From: Pecten maximus
Lineage: Eukaryota
Reading direction: 5' to 3'
DNA length: 64,000 bases
Assembly (NCBI RefSeq): GCF_902652985.1
Contig: NC_047018.1
Coordinates: 13,454,001-13,518,000, forward strand
The notes beneath the pieces are model-generated. The model saw only the letters and a program-made list of their open reading frames with translations, made no database searches and was not told the origin of the DNA. How positions within the stretch are numbered: the stretch's first letter is position 1; each line of letters starts with the position of its first letter. This document shows, one piece after another, positions 1-13,195 of this stretch. A program made the position numbers and the translations under genes.

Positions 1-1406
1 ACAATTTACATTTTCAACTTCTTCTCCAAAAACACTGAACCAAATTCAATGAAATTTGGCAGGGAGCTTCTATGGCTAAAGTTCAACTAAAATTGTGAAT
101 TATATGGTCCCCATCCCCCAGGGGCCTGAGGGGCGGGGCCAAAAAGGGTCAAATTGACTAAAACTTCAAAAATCTTCTTCTCTACTCTCAGATAAGGTGG
201 AATCAAACACTCTTCATAGATGAAAGGGTCTTAAGGTGCTTTACCAAAATTGTGAATTTCATGACCCTGGGGTCTCACGTTTGCCCCTGGGGAGGGGGTA
301 AACTTTACTATAGTTTATATAGGGAAATCACATTTTTGACTATTATTTGTTGGATTTGTATTGGAATTCATTCTAACTTGTATCAAATTATCAGCATGGG
401 ATGACACTTTGATGGTATGTACATGTTATCCCTAGTTGACCCCCAGGGGCTGATGGGCGGGGCCAAAAAGGGTCAAATTAACTGAAATTTTAAAAATCTT
501 CTACTCTACTCTCAGATATGGTAGAATCAAATACTCTTCATAGATGGAAGGGTCTTAAGGTGCTTTACCAAAATTGTGAATTTCATGACCCTGGGGTCTC
601 ACGTTTGCCCCTGGAGAGGGGGTAAACTTTACTATAGTTTATATAGGGAAATCACATTTTTGACTATTATTTGGTGGATTTGTATAGGAATTCATTCTAA
701 CTTGGTTCAAATTATCAGCATGGGATGACAGTTTGATGGTATGTACATGTTGGCCCTGGTTGACAACCCAGGGGCTGGTGGGCGGGGCCAAAAAGGGTCA
801 AATTGACTGAAATTTCAAAAAATCTTCTTCACTCTCAGATATGGAAGAATCAAATACTCTTCATAGATGGAAGGGTCTTAATGTGCTTTACCAAAATTGT
901 GAATTTCATGACCATGGGGTCTCACGTTTGCCCCTGGGGAGGGGGTAAACTTTACTATAGTTTATATAGGGAAATCACATTTTTGACTATTATTTGTTGA
1001 ATTTTTATTGGAATTCATTCTAACTTCGTTAACGTTATCAGCTTGGGATGACAGTTTGATGGTATGTACATGTTAGCCCTGACTGACCCCCAGGGGCTGA
1101 TGGGTGGGGCCAAAAAGGGTCAAATTAACTGAAATTTTAAAAATCTTCTTCTTACAACCCAAATAAGGTAGAATTAAATACTCTTCACATATTGAAGGGT
1201 CTTAAGGTGCTTTACCATAATTGTGAATTTCCTAGCCCTGGGGTCTCGTGTTTGCCCCATGGGAGAGGATAAACTTTACTATAGTTATAGGGAAACCACA
1301 TTTTTGACTATCATTTGTTTTATTTGTTTTGAAATTCATTCTTTCATTCAAATTTACTGAAATATTTCAAAAATCAGCTGACCGTTAAGGCCCATGGGCC
1401 TCTTGT
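1..1406 (+). mobile_element. Non-autonomous Helentron/HINE-like element (truncated by the window edge) with about 4 internal tandem units of ~324 bp
   Basis: The landmark gtgctttaccaaaattgtgaattt recurs at ~236, ~560, ~883 and ~1207. The element ends in the palindrome ggcccatgggcc followed by tcttgt (1389-1406), a terminus also seen at ~43940. Family assignment is from recall of bivalve HINE/CvA-type elements. Confidence 0.65.
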
Positions 1407-2206
1407 CTGTATGAACATTTTTTTAATACGACAAAGACTGCACTTCCAATCCATGATTGGCACGTCTTCTATGTGTCACCGCAAACACGACTTATCCTAT
1501 AGTACCTTATGAAACTTTTACTCTGGATGAAAAATAAGTCCTATTTCAAGTCCTATGATATGATCCGGTTATCATACTTACCAATCCGATAGAATCATTT
1601 CTTACTTTAAAATTAATGAGGACATATTTATCATGGGGCCCAGCATGTTAACATAAGGCTTATCATGGTGACATTGAAGTGCAATTTATACTGGTGTTTG
1701 GGCATCAATTCATTTTATCGTTTAATGATAGTGGGTCTATTACCTTTTCAAATTTTAAATGATATTATCACTTAGTCCATAACTTATTCGAGAATACATT
1801 GTATTTTATTGAACTTCTTTAATTTCCTCCACATTCAAAACCCGGTTTCACCTCGAAACAATCGCTCCCAAGGCATAATCGTTCTCTTATGCTAATTTGT
1901 AACTGAGTACGACGTTATTTTCTGTTTCAAAAGGCATGCTTGCGCACGATTTTAAATTGTTTTCGTAAGGTACGACAAGGTGGATATGGCGTAAAGTTAA
2001 ACAAGTTTTTTGCGTAAGTTAAGAAGTTTTTGTGAAACGATACCCAGGTATATACGTCTCTGTATAATCCTAAATTTTTTAACACAAGATCGTTCAGAAG
2101 CTTTGCAGTGCTGACTCTTTCAAACGCACAGATGCTCTGATTTGAACAAAGATTCGTCAATGTGACTTACGCAAAATTCGTAAGTTACGAATCTTTGTGA
2201 GACGAT

Positions 2207-5200
2207 AGGCAATGTCTCTACAAGCCCTCTCCCTAGTGACAACAGGCAATGTCTATACAAGCCATCTCCATAGTGACAACAGGCAACGTCTATACAAGCC
2301 CTCTCCCTAGTGACAACAGGCTGTGTCTATATAAGCCCTCTCCCTAGTGACAACAGGCAACGTCTATACAAGCCCTCTCCCTAGTGACAACAGGCTATGT
2401 CTATACAAGCCCTCTCCCTAGTGACAACAGGCATTGTCTATACAAGCCCTCTCCCTAGTGACAACAGGCAATGTCTATACAAACCCTCTCCCTAGTGACA
2501 ACAGGCAATGTCCATACAAGCCCTCTCCCTAGTGACAACAGGCAATGTCCATACAAGCCCTCTCCCTAGTGACAACAGGCAATGTATGTACAAGCCCTCT
2601 CTCTAGTGACAACGGACGTCTATACAAGCCCTCTCCCTAGTGACAACAGGCAACGGGCAATGTCTATACAAGCCCTCTCTGTAGTGAGTAGTGACAACAG
2701 GCAATGAGGGGCCGCGGTGGCCGAGTGGTTAAGGTGTCCCGACACTTTAACACTAGCCCTCCACCTCTGGGTTGCGAGTTCGAAACCTACGTGGGGCAGT
2801 TGCCAGGTACTGACCGTAGGCCGGTGGTTTTTCTCCGGGTACTCCGGCTGGCTGTTAATAGGACGTTAAACAAAAAACAAACAAACCAACAGGCAATGTC
2901 TATACAAGCCCTGTACCTAGTGACAACAGGCAACGGGCAACGTCTATACAAGCCCTCTCCCTAGTGACAACAGGCTATGTCTATACAAGCCCTCTCCCTA
3001 GTGACAACAGTCCATGTCTATACAAGCCCTCTCCCTAGTGACAACAGGCTATGTCTATACAAGCCCTCTCCCTAGTGACAACAGGCTATGTCTATACACG
3101 CCCTCTCCCTAGTGACAACAGGCTATGTCCATACAAACCCTCACCCTGGTGACAACTGACAACATATATACAATCCATCTCCATAGTGACAACAGGCAAT
3201 GTCTATACAAACCCTCTACCTAGTGACAACTGACAACAGGCTATGTCTATACAAGCCCTCTCCCTAGTGACAAAAGGCTGTGTCTATACAAGTCCTCTCC
3301 CTAGTGACAACAGGCTATGTCTATACAAGCCTCTACCTAGTGACAACAGGCAATGTCTATACAAGCCCTCTCCCAAGTGACAACAGGCAATGTCTATATA
3401 AGCCCTCTCCCTAGTGACAACAGGCAATGTCTATACAAGCCCTCTCCCTAATGACAACAGGCAATGTCTCTACAAGCCCTCTCCCTAGTGACAACAGTCC
3501 ATGTCTATACAAGCCCTCTCCCTAGTGACAACAGGCTATGTCTATACAAGCCCTCTCCCTAGTGACAACAGGCTATGTCTATACAAGCCCTCTCCCTAGT
3601 GACAACAGTCCATGTCTATACAACCCCTCTCCCTAGTGACAACAGGCTATGTCTATACAACCCCTCTCCCTAGTGACAACAGGCTATGTCCATACAAACC
3701 CTCTCCCTGGTGACAACTGACAACATATATACAATCCATCTCCATAGTGACAACAGGCAATGTCTATACAAACCCTTTACCTAGTGACAACTGACAACAG
3801 GCTATGTCTATACAAGCCCTCTCCGTAGTGACAACAGGCTGTGTCTATACAAGCCCTCTCCCTAGTGACAACAGGCTATGTCTATACAAGCCTCTACCTA
3901 GTGACAACAGGCAATGTCTATACAAGCCCTCTCCCAAGTGACAACAGGCAATGTCTATATAAGCCCTCTCCCTAGTGACAACAGGCAATGTCTATACAAG
4001 CCCTCTCCCTAATGACAACAGGCAATGTCTCTACAAGCCCTCTCCCTAGTGACAACAGGCTATGTCTATGCAAGCCCTCTCCCTAGTGACAACATGCTAT
4101 GTCTATACAAGCCCTCTCTCTAGTGACAACAGTCCATGTCTATACAAGCCCTCTCCCTAGTGATAACAGGCTATGTCTATACAAGTCCTCTCCCTAGTGA
4201 CAACAGGCTATGTCTATACAAGCCCTCTCCCTAGTGACAACAGTCCATGTCTTTACAAGCCCTCTCCCTAGTGACAACAGGCTATGTCTATACAAGCCCT
4301 CTCCCTAGTGACAACTGGCTATGTCCATACAAACCCTCTCCCTAGTTACAACTGACAACATATATACAAGCCATCTCCATAGTGACAACAGGCAATGTCT
4401 ATACAAGCCCTCTACCTAGTGACAACAGGCTATGTCTATACAAGCCCTCTACCTAGTGACAACAGGCAATGTCTCTACAAGCCCTCTACCTAGTGACAAC
4501 AGGCAATGTCTCTACAAGCCCTCTCCCTAGTGACAACAGGCAATGTCTATATAAGCCCTCTCCCTAGTGACAACGGACAATGTCTATACAAGCCCTCAAC
4601 CTAGTGACAACAGGCAATGTCCATACAAGTCCTCTACCTAGTGACAACAGGAAATGTCCATACAAGCCCTCTACCTAGTGACAACAGGCAATGTCTGTAC
4701 AAGCCCTCTCCCTAATGACAACCGGCTGTGTCTATACAAGCCCTCTCCCTAGTGACAACAGGCAATGTCCATACAAGCCCTCTACCTAGTGACAACAGGA
4801 AATGTCCATACAAGCCCTCTACCTAGTGACAACAGGCAATGTCCATACAAGCCCTCTCCCTAATGACAACAGGCTGTGTCTATACAAGCCCTCTCCCTAG
4901 TGACAACAGGCAATGTCCATACAAGCCCTCTACCTAGTGACAACAGCCAATGTCCATACAAGCCCTCTACCTAGTGACAACAGGCAATGTCTATGCAAGC
5001 CCTCTCCCTAGTGACAACAGGCAACGTCTATACAAGCCCTCTACCTAGTGACAACAGGCAACGTCTATACAAGCCCTCTACCTAGTGACAACAGGCAATG
5101 TCTCTACAAGCCCTCTCCCTAGTGACAACAGGCTATGTCTATACAAGCCCTCTACCTAATGACAACAGGCAATGTCTAAACAAGCCATCTACCTAGTGAC

Positions 5201-5909
5201 AACAGACAATGTCTCTACAAGCCCTCTCCCTAGTGACAACGAGCAATATATATACAAGCCCTCTCCCTAGTGACAACAGGCAATGTCTATATAAGCCCTC
5301 TCCCTAGTGACAACAGGCTATGTCTATACAAGCCCTGTCCCTAGTGACAACGGGCAATGTCTATACAAGAACTCTCCCTAGTGACAACAGGCTATGTCTA
5401 TACAAGAACTCTCCCTAGTGACAACAGGCTATGTCTATACAAGAACTCTCCCTAGTGACAACGGGCAATGTCTATGCAAGCCGTCTCCCTAGGGACAACA
5501 GACAATGTCTATACAAGCCCTCTACCTAGTGACAACAGGCAATGTCTATACAAGCCCTCTACCTAGTGACAACAGGCAATGTCTATACAAGCCCTCTACC
5601 TAGTGACAACGGGCAATGTCTATATAAGCCCTCTCCCTAGTGACAACAGGCTATGTCTATACAAGTCCTCTACCTAGTGACAACAGGCTGTGTCTATACA
5701 AGCCCTCTCCCTAGTGACAACGGGCAATGTCTATATAAGCCCTTTCCCTAGTGACAACAGGCAATGTCTATACAAGCCCTCTCCCTAGTGACAACAGGCT
5801 ATGTCTATACAAGCCCTCTACCTAGTGACAACAGGCTATGTCTATACAAGCCCTCTACCTAGTGACAACAGGCAATGTCCATACAAGCCCTCTACCTAGT
5901 GACAACAGG
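2207..5909. repeat. 37-bp minisatellite (ctatacaagccctctccctagtgacaacaggcaatgt), roughly 95 copies
   Basis: Period read directly (caag at 2221 and 2258). The array is interrupted by a SINE at 2707-2886. Confidence 0.97.
2707..2886 (+). mobile_element. tRNA-derived SINE inserted in the 37-bp array
   Basis: A-box tggccgagtgg (2718-2728), B-box gttcgaaacc (2778-2787), central ttctccgggtactccggct block and an (aaac)n tail. Flanked by the 12-bp direct repeat caacaggcaatg (2695-2706 and 2887-2898). Confidence 0.9.
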
Positions 5910-6818
5910 GATACATTTAAACAATGATAGAATTATAATTTAATCATTAACATCAGAAGTATATTGGATTTGAATTTAAATTTCCATGTATTGAAGTTCA
6001 ATAGATGGCAATTAAAATTCTAATATTTTGTATATGTATACATCTATATCCAAATACACATATACGTGTTCAGAATGTCAGATCAGCATGCATATGCTTC
6101 CTATCAGTAGAAAATATTAATGTTGACAAGTAGGGTACCTGTATCAGCATGTCATGTAATTTAACTTGTGACCTCTCTAAACTAGAATAAATAGTAAAAT
6201 GACTTGTGTTTTGGACGTGTGTCGTATCTATGCGATGCTGTATGGACTGACAGGAACACTTACTATTCCGGAGCTCTCCGAGGTCGATAATATCACTATT
6301 TCACAATATTACAAAACAAAATGTAAAATATACACAAAGTTTTATTACTAAGATCAATAGGTAACATAAATGATATCAACATGATTTGGTAAATACTACA
6401 CTAATTCATAGAATTGTAGATTTTCTATCTAGAAAACACACTTTAAAATGCTGAATTTTATATAATCACAAAAGGGTTGATGTCTTGTGGTTTACACACT
6501 AATAACAGTCGTATCCACTTTACCAGAAAATACATTTGTAATAACCAGCTTACAAATGTAGGTAATTTGGATGGATTATCTTGATCGCTTGCTTGAGTTA
6601 ATAAAGGCGTACCATTTAATTTCAGTTATTATAATATGAACGCTGTTACAAACAGTGGTATACAGATATATATAATATAATAGTTGATAAGATCAACAAT
6701 GCATGTTATAAAATGTGCATGCGAGAATATACAGAGGCATGAAAGTATTCATAATATGTTGATGAAATTTGGTTTGATTGAACAATAATTATATATATAA
6801 TCATAATAAAGTACTTAT

Positions 6819-8594
6819 TCAGAGACGCGAGCTCAATTCGAGAGGGTGATTATCTTGCACAGTAAGACAACTTTTATCATGTCCAACCTCGGTTAATGTT
6901 GTATCTTTTGTATGGGGATTTCTGGACTGAGAAACAGAACTGTTAGATAAAGTAGGGTCTAATATTGTATGACCTCTCGATGAATTAATGCCCCTTTTCT
7001 TGTATGCAATATAGAGTTCGTAAACCCTCTTATTGCATACAAACGAGAGCATGATGAACACGCCTTGTCCAGCGAGCAAAACGATAAATAGATATACAAA
7101 AACATCCTGATTGAAAATTTCAGCAATAAAACCAAACAGCCAGGCCACTCCTGTCAGAGTTGAAAGCTTTACATAAATTAAAAATCGTTTCGAGTGATGG
7201 CGACAGGTTGAGGACCTGGACATATCCGGAAGCTGGCTGACTTTAACTATTACAATACAGAACATTACAATATTTGCTACAACGAGTACCATAACCGGTA
7301 GTGTGAAACTATACAATAGAGCATTCGTGTCGTTAATAAAACATATCCGGATTCCGTAACCAGACCTTCCGTTAGTTACGACGCTGTACACACTTCGACC
7401 CAGGACGAATAATGCGCTGCCGCCGTAACTGTAAACAAGAGATATTACAAAATGGCGTCTTTTTTCTTCCTCTGTCAAAACGTATTGCCTGTCTAAATGA
7501 TTAAATACGCGGAACATATGTATTGAACATACGTTCATGATAAATACACTTGCTAACATTGTCAAATGGATTGTAATTCCAAATACTTCACACAAGAAAC
7601 CGATCTTGACAGCACCGGCTCCAAAGGTAAACAGGACATGAGCGACAGTCAGTGTTGCGCACAAAGCCATTGTGAAAAGTCCAGGAAGTGTCCTTAAAAC
7701 TGGAAACAGAATATACGTTACCATAGTTACGATAAGACATATAACTGACAAACTTGAACACACGAGAGACACTAATACTTTACCTAAATCTTCTTCACGT
7801 GAAACAATGTTATCTGGCAAATGAGATGCAAAAAATGTATCTGCACAAATCAGGACAGACGACATATCGTCAGAGAAGATGCATTTTTCTGGCTGAAAAC
7901 AGGAGTTATGCATATCAAAGCACACCTTGTTAGAGTGACGTGTTACATTATAATCATTCAGAGATATGTTCACATGTGGACATAAAAAGGTTGGTACCAA
8001 CCGTGATACCCACGGTTTGAAAGGACAATAGCTAATTTCATCATAAGTTTCAATATTCATTTTATCTCCATTTGAAGGATCTCTGTATTGTCTGTCTAGC
8101 GGAAATACTATCCTAAATTTGTTGGAACTAGATTCGAACTCATAAAAATTACCGCCAACTACTTCCGGTTTTAAGTCAGTACAAAGCAAAGGTCCTGTAT
8201 TGGTTCCGGATTCAATATGGAGCGCAGATGTATCCAGAAGGTTCTCTGCTACTTCCTTGGGATCGTGGTAATCTTGCACAAAGAGTTCCACGTGAATGAC
8301 TAGATAGTCTGTATTGATTATTGTCTCACTGGAACAGTTGTTACTAGGAAACAGGACAGTTAAACCACAGACATATTTATAATAACCAATAAGTATCAAG
8401 TGCGTTTTCACATATTCCTGGATCAGACGAGGTGTAAGGCGAAGACACAGGTCACAATTCGTATGGTAGGATGGCAATGTATTGAATCTAAGGAACATCT
8501 CGTATCTCTGCGAAGCTACATTGCTGAAGGCATTTTCACACACTCCATTGCTGTATCTGAACGGTGGTGAGCAGGTGATCTCGCGGCAAATGTT
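6819..8594 (-). CDS. GPCR-A coding exon 2: membrane-proximal ectodomain, class-B-type (Methuselah/adhesion-like) 7TM and C-tail
   Basis: Open frame with seven hydrophobic segments and motifs LRTLPG, GYG-x3-CFI, KLSTLTGVAWLFGF and QGVFIMLSFVC. Acceptor ttacag|aac at 8594, phase 0. Stop codon at 6819-6821. Confidence 0.93.
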   Translation of the reverse strand, partial: NICREITCSPPFRYSNGVCENAFSNVASQRYEMFLRFNTLPSYHTNCDLCLRLTPRLIQEYVKTHLILIGYYKYVCGLTVLFPSNNCSSETIINTDYLVIHVELFVQDYHDPKEVAENLLDTSALHIESGTNTGPLLCTDLKPEVVGGNFYEFESSSNKFRIVFPLDRQYRDPSNGDKMNIETYDEISYCPFKPWVSRLVPTFLCPHVNISLNDYNVTRHSNKVCFDMHNSCFQPEKCIFSDDMSSVLICADTFFASHLPDNIVSREEDLGKVLVSLVCSSLSVICLIVTMVTYILFPVLRTLPGLFTMALCATLTVAHVLFTFGAGAVKIGFLCEVFGITIHLTMLASVFIMNVCSIHMFRVFNHLDRQYVLTEEEKRRHFVISLVYSYGGSALFVLGRSVYSVVTNGRSGYGIRICFINDTNALLYSFTLPVMVLVVANIVMFCIVIVKVSQLPDMSRSSTCRHHSKRFLIYVKLSTLTGVAWLFGFIAEIFNQDVFVYLFIVLLAGQGVFIMLSFVCNKRVYELYIAYKKRGINSSRGHTILDPTLSNSSVSQSRNPHTKDTTLTEVGHDKSCLTVQDNHPLELSSRL

Positions 8595-8858
8595 CTGTAA
8601 CATAAATACAATGATGCAATATACGGGTTTGCAACAGTCAGTAGTCAGTTAATATCGGGATATTATACATCTTTAATTCAACTCTGCCTTTTTTACTCGG
8701 TAAAAAAAGGAACTGGTAAAGTCGACGTCCGCACTCCCCCACCCCCCAGCTCATGTATTATGTCTCTTGAGATATCTAAAATGAAATGCATATCCATTCT
8801 ATATAGCCCGTTTTACAAATATTTTCGATTTACAAATATCACCGTCGGTATCAATTAT

Positions 8859-9510
8859 CCGGCCTTTATCGGTATAATATCTCCGGCCTATATCGGTATA
8901 ATATATCCGGCCTGTATTGGTATACTATCTCCGGCCTGTATCGGTATAAGATCTTCGGCCTGTATCGGTATAATATCTCCGGCCTGTATCGGTATAAGAT
9001 CTCCGGCCTGTATCGGTATAATATCTCCGGCCTGTATCGGTATAATATCTCCGGCCTGTATCGGTATAATATCTCCGGCCTGTATTGGTATACTATCTCC
9101 GGCCTGTATCGGTATAATATCTCGGCCTGTATCGGTATAATATCTCCGGCCTGTATCGGTATAATACCTTCGGCCTGTATCGGTATAATATCTCGGCCTG
9201 TATCGGTATACTATCTCCGGCCTGTATCGGTATAATATCTCGGGCTGTATCGGTATAATATCTCCGGCCTGTATCGGTATAATATCTCGGCCTGTATCGG
9301 TATAATATCTCCGGCCTGTATCGGTATAATATCTCCGGCCTGTATCGGTATAATATCTCCGGCCTGTATTGGTATAATATCTCCGGCCTGTATCGGTATA
9401 ATATCTCCGGCCTGTATCGGTATAATATCTCCGGCCTGTATTGGTATACTATCTCCGGCCTGTATCGGTATAATATCTCCGGCCTGTATCGGTATAATAT
9501 CTCATGCCTT
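8859..9510. repeat. 24-bp minisatellite (cggcctgtatcggtataatatctc) in the GPCR-A intron
   Basis: Direct periodicity. It explains the IISPACIG repeats of ORF 8760..9140. Confidence 0.96.
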
Positions 9511-10585
9511 TATCGGAATGATAAAACGGTAAAGCAGGGGGTTAAGAGATGTATACTTCTGCTTTCCCTCGACCATGACTCGACCTGGTCTCGGGAAACC
9601 CGACACTTGCCCCCATACTTTAACTGTTTGATATCCTTTGCTTTGATGAGACGTGATACTTTGCAATAAGAACTGTCTCTATATGATGATTCAGTTCGTT
9701 ATATTGTTAAAACAGCTACAGTGTAGGTATGTATGACAAAATCTATAATATTTGTTCATAGTTTGCCATCTTTTGATCAATTCCAAGTTAGAATCTCTGT
9801 TGTCTTTTAAACTATTGTTAAATCACTTAGGTACACATATTATGTAAAATATTTGTTAAATTTATTATTGTTAATCGACTTTCAGAATGATATGTGTTCA
9901 TTCCTGTTTTATTAGACTAGCTTCTTTGAAATATCCGAAGCATTCCCAATTGATAAAATGAGGGGTTAGCGTGTTAGGTCCCTAGGACCTAGAAGGACGA
10001 ACCTGCTATTCTGTGTGAAATGAACACTTACAATGGAGGAATAGATAACGAAATGATCGCCAACTGTATTACAGATAAAACAAGAAATATCTTTTAAAAA
10101 CATATATGGCATAATTTTAATGCTGGTGTGGCTATAATGTAAAACTGCTGGTGAAATGAATTAACGAACTAATTGTGTTTCAGCACAGATAACAAAATTA
10201 TATCAGCTTGATTCAATAAAGAAAAAAACCTACTTTTTTCTGTTATCAAGTGGGCTTTTATATTGTCTATACCCCGAACTGGAATACAAGTTAATGTGTA
10301 GTATATATACGTACATCAAAATCCAGTTCGGATTCTTCCTACTATAGGAATTACATGGTGGCATTGTTTAAGTTCGGAGATGTTTAGACATCAAAATAAT
10401 GAAAAAATATGAACATTTGAGACCTCGGATAGCATATGTTATAAAAGCTGAAATACCTATCAGACAGCATTATTCATTATTACTGTAGCAGTATTACGTA
10501 CACACTATCGCGGGGGAGAAAACCCAATTTCCATTTAACGATTGCAGAAGAAACAGTAAAACTGCTTATTAAGAAACATACTTAC

Positions 10586-11629
10586 CTTGTAAGTGTCAAA
10601 AAGGAAATTCGGGGCGCATACTTGGGTGGTGTCCTTTGCTTGCACAGTTGAAGAATCCTGTATGAAATTAAACAATGCTGCAAACGATGTTAAACCTAGG
10701 TTAATTCCGCCTCCTCGCCCACCTCCCGCAATTGTATATCCAAATACGCATGAGGGGATTATTGAAGCATTAGTGTTACAAATATAGCAGAAGACGTTCT
10801 TGTAATATGTATCAGCATATTCATAGGTATTTCGATAGTGTCTACACGCCCAGTCTATGTCACGGTTATATTCTGTCCAGAGACCAGTGACGTTACACTC
10901 TGTATACATATAGGTTTCATCTTCACAGGGAAATGGAACGGGAACATCTGGAGGGTGGTAAAATAAATTGCAGCCATCTTCGTTAATAATGAAACTGAAC
11001 AACTCTCTGGCTTGATGTGGAAACACAAACTGACTTCCCCGACAGCTAAAACTTGTTTTCCAATTGATCAAGTCCTTGTCATGTTCCCAGTTACAGTATC
11101 CACAGTACCTGTTACGATAAGTCTCGTTTGTTCTTACAGAGGAAACAGGCAGATAATTTGTCACATCTGTCGGCGTAACGTTTCCACTACGGCACTTTCT
11201 GGCTATGTTCTCATCCACAAACGTTTTCTGACAATCGCCTATCATCAGGTAATGATCCATTGTGTTCAGTCCGTTTTCTTCAAAAGGTTTAAGTTGCGAT
11301 AGAACACAAGAACTTCCTTTTTGATATAGAACATCTAAACTATCCCCTGCTAGTGCTTTGTCTATACAACAACTTCCTGTTATCACACATGTATCCTCAC
11401 AGGAACAGGGTACACAGCAACTTAGAGTGCTTCTATTTTCCTTTACATTTCCTATACTACACAGACGCTGGGAGGTACAGTATAACAGCTGATCCATGAT
11501 CAACATTTGATGGGTTTTATTTAGTATGTGTTCTGTCATGTTGAATGCCCATTGCGTGGTGTCGTTAGAGAGGGCACATGGTTGGACCAATAATGAAATA
11601 AACACCAACATCTTTACAGTTGCTGCCAT
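10586..11629 (-). CDS. GPCR-A coding exon 1: signal peptide and Cys-rich (somatomedin-B-like) ectodomain
   Basis: ATG at 11629, just after acceptor ttttcag|ataaaa. Hydrophobic N-terminus, CCxPCSCxxxCxxxGxCC and two Y[RK]Nx[YF]CxxCN motifs. Donor aag|gtaagt after 10586. 1044 nt, phase 0, in frame with exon 2. Confidence 0.92.
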
Positions 11630-11846
11630 TTTTATCTGAAAATATATATACCCCGTCATCTATTAAAATGTGCACATCAAAAATGAAAATAACAAATGTA
11701 TTCGAAAACTAAATTTCGAAAATCCAATGCTCAATACCGTGTGGTGTCTAAGTTATTAACATTAAGATAGGTACCACTTTAACACACCTGCTATTGTACT
11801 AAACAGTCGTGAAATATTACTCCTGTTAGCGTGCAATAAGTGAAAG

Positions 11847-12697
11847 GTTCGGTATAATTGGTGAAATGTCCCGTATTATTGTTGGAAATCTGGTATATTT
11901 GGTGAAATGTCCGGTAAAATTGGTGAAATATCCGGTATAATTGGTAAAAGTCCGGTATAGCTGGTGAAATATTGGTGAAATATCCGGTATAATTGGTAAA
12001 AGTCCGGTATAGCTGGTGAAATATTGCTGAAATATCCGGTATAATTGGTGAAATGCCCGGTATAGCTGGTGAAATATTGATGAAATATCCGGTATAATTG
12101 GTGAAATGCCCGGTATAGCTGGTGAAATATTGGTGAAATATCCGGTATAATTGGTGAAATGCCCGGTATAGCTGGTGAAATATTGGTGAAATATCCGGTA
12201 TAATTGGTAAAAGTCCGGTATAGCTGGTGAAATATTGATGAAATATCCGGTATAATTGGTGAAATGCCCGGTATAGCTGGTGAAATATTGATGAAATATC
12301 CGGTATAATTGGTGAAATGCCCGGTATAGCTGGTGAAATATTGGTGAAATATCCGGTATAATTGGTAAAAGTCCGGTATAGCTGGTGAAATATTGCTGAA
12401 ATATCCGGTATAATTGGTGAAATGCCCGGTATAGCTGGTGAAATATTGATGAAATATCCGGTATAATTGGTGAAATGCCCGGTATAGCTGGTGAAATATT
12501 GGTGAAATATCCGGTATAATTGGTAAAAGTCCGGTATAGCTGGTGAAATATTGATGAAATATCCGGTATAATTGGTGAAATGCCCGGTATAGCTGGTGAA
12601 ATATTGGTGAAATATCCGGTATAATTGGTAAAAGTCCGGTATAGCTGGTGAAATATTGATGAAATATCCGGTATAATTGGTGAAACGTCAGGTATGA
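11847..12697. repeat. 52/53-bp compound minisatellite (tccggtataattggtgaaatgcccggtatagctggtgaaatattggtgaaata)
   Basis: Period of 53 read between 12141 and 12194, with a 52-bp variant. Built from shorter ggtgaaat subunits. Confidence 0.95.
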
Positions 12698-13195
12698 TTA
12701 TTCTTTCTGCTTTGCACAAAATGATAACATAGTGTAAATATCTGTTTAAATTTTGTTTTTATAAATCTTGAATTAAATGGCAATCAAATAATCTAGATAT
12801 CAATTTTTCTAAAGAAAATCAAACTTCTTAATAAAGATGAATGTGAACTATTAGACAAATTTATACCAAACCACAACGTATAAACCTGACGAAATCGCCC
12901 CTAACTCTGGAGTAGAACATATTAGACCATATTGACATTTGAAAGGTGCATATGACAGTTGTGCAGTGGTAGCCAGAGTTTGACCCCAACATTAAAGCTC
13001 ATCATCATTATAACAATCGTATGAATTAATAACATCACTGGTATAGATTATATACCCCAAAGTGTTGCATGTTAGGGCGAGTATTAATACCAGATGTACA
13101 TTACTGGTATTAATGCCTTCAGGGACTACTTTCTAAAATCGAGATGTCAACAAATTTGATGAACACGGATGACTCGCCTACCAGTGGAAGATTTG

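Noticed and set aside
2707-2790. tRNA gene
   Set aside because: A and B boxes are present, but the sequence continues into a SINE body and tail with a flanking duplication, and I see no convincing cloverleaf.
2207-5909. 37-bp repeats as a CRISPR array
   Set aside because: Units are contiguous with no unique spacers, there are no cas genes, and the context is eukaryotic.
8760-9140. 126-aa IISPACIG repeat protein
   Set aside because: Translation of a 24-bp minisatellite, antisense within the GPCR-A intron. Frame-breaking 23-bp units occur.
11826-12719. 297-aa ORF
   Set aside because: The 52/53-bp unit lacks stops in all minus frames, so the ORF cycles through frames. It is a compositional artefact.
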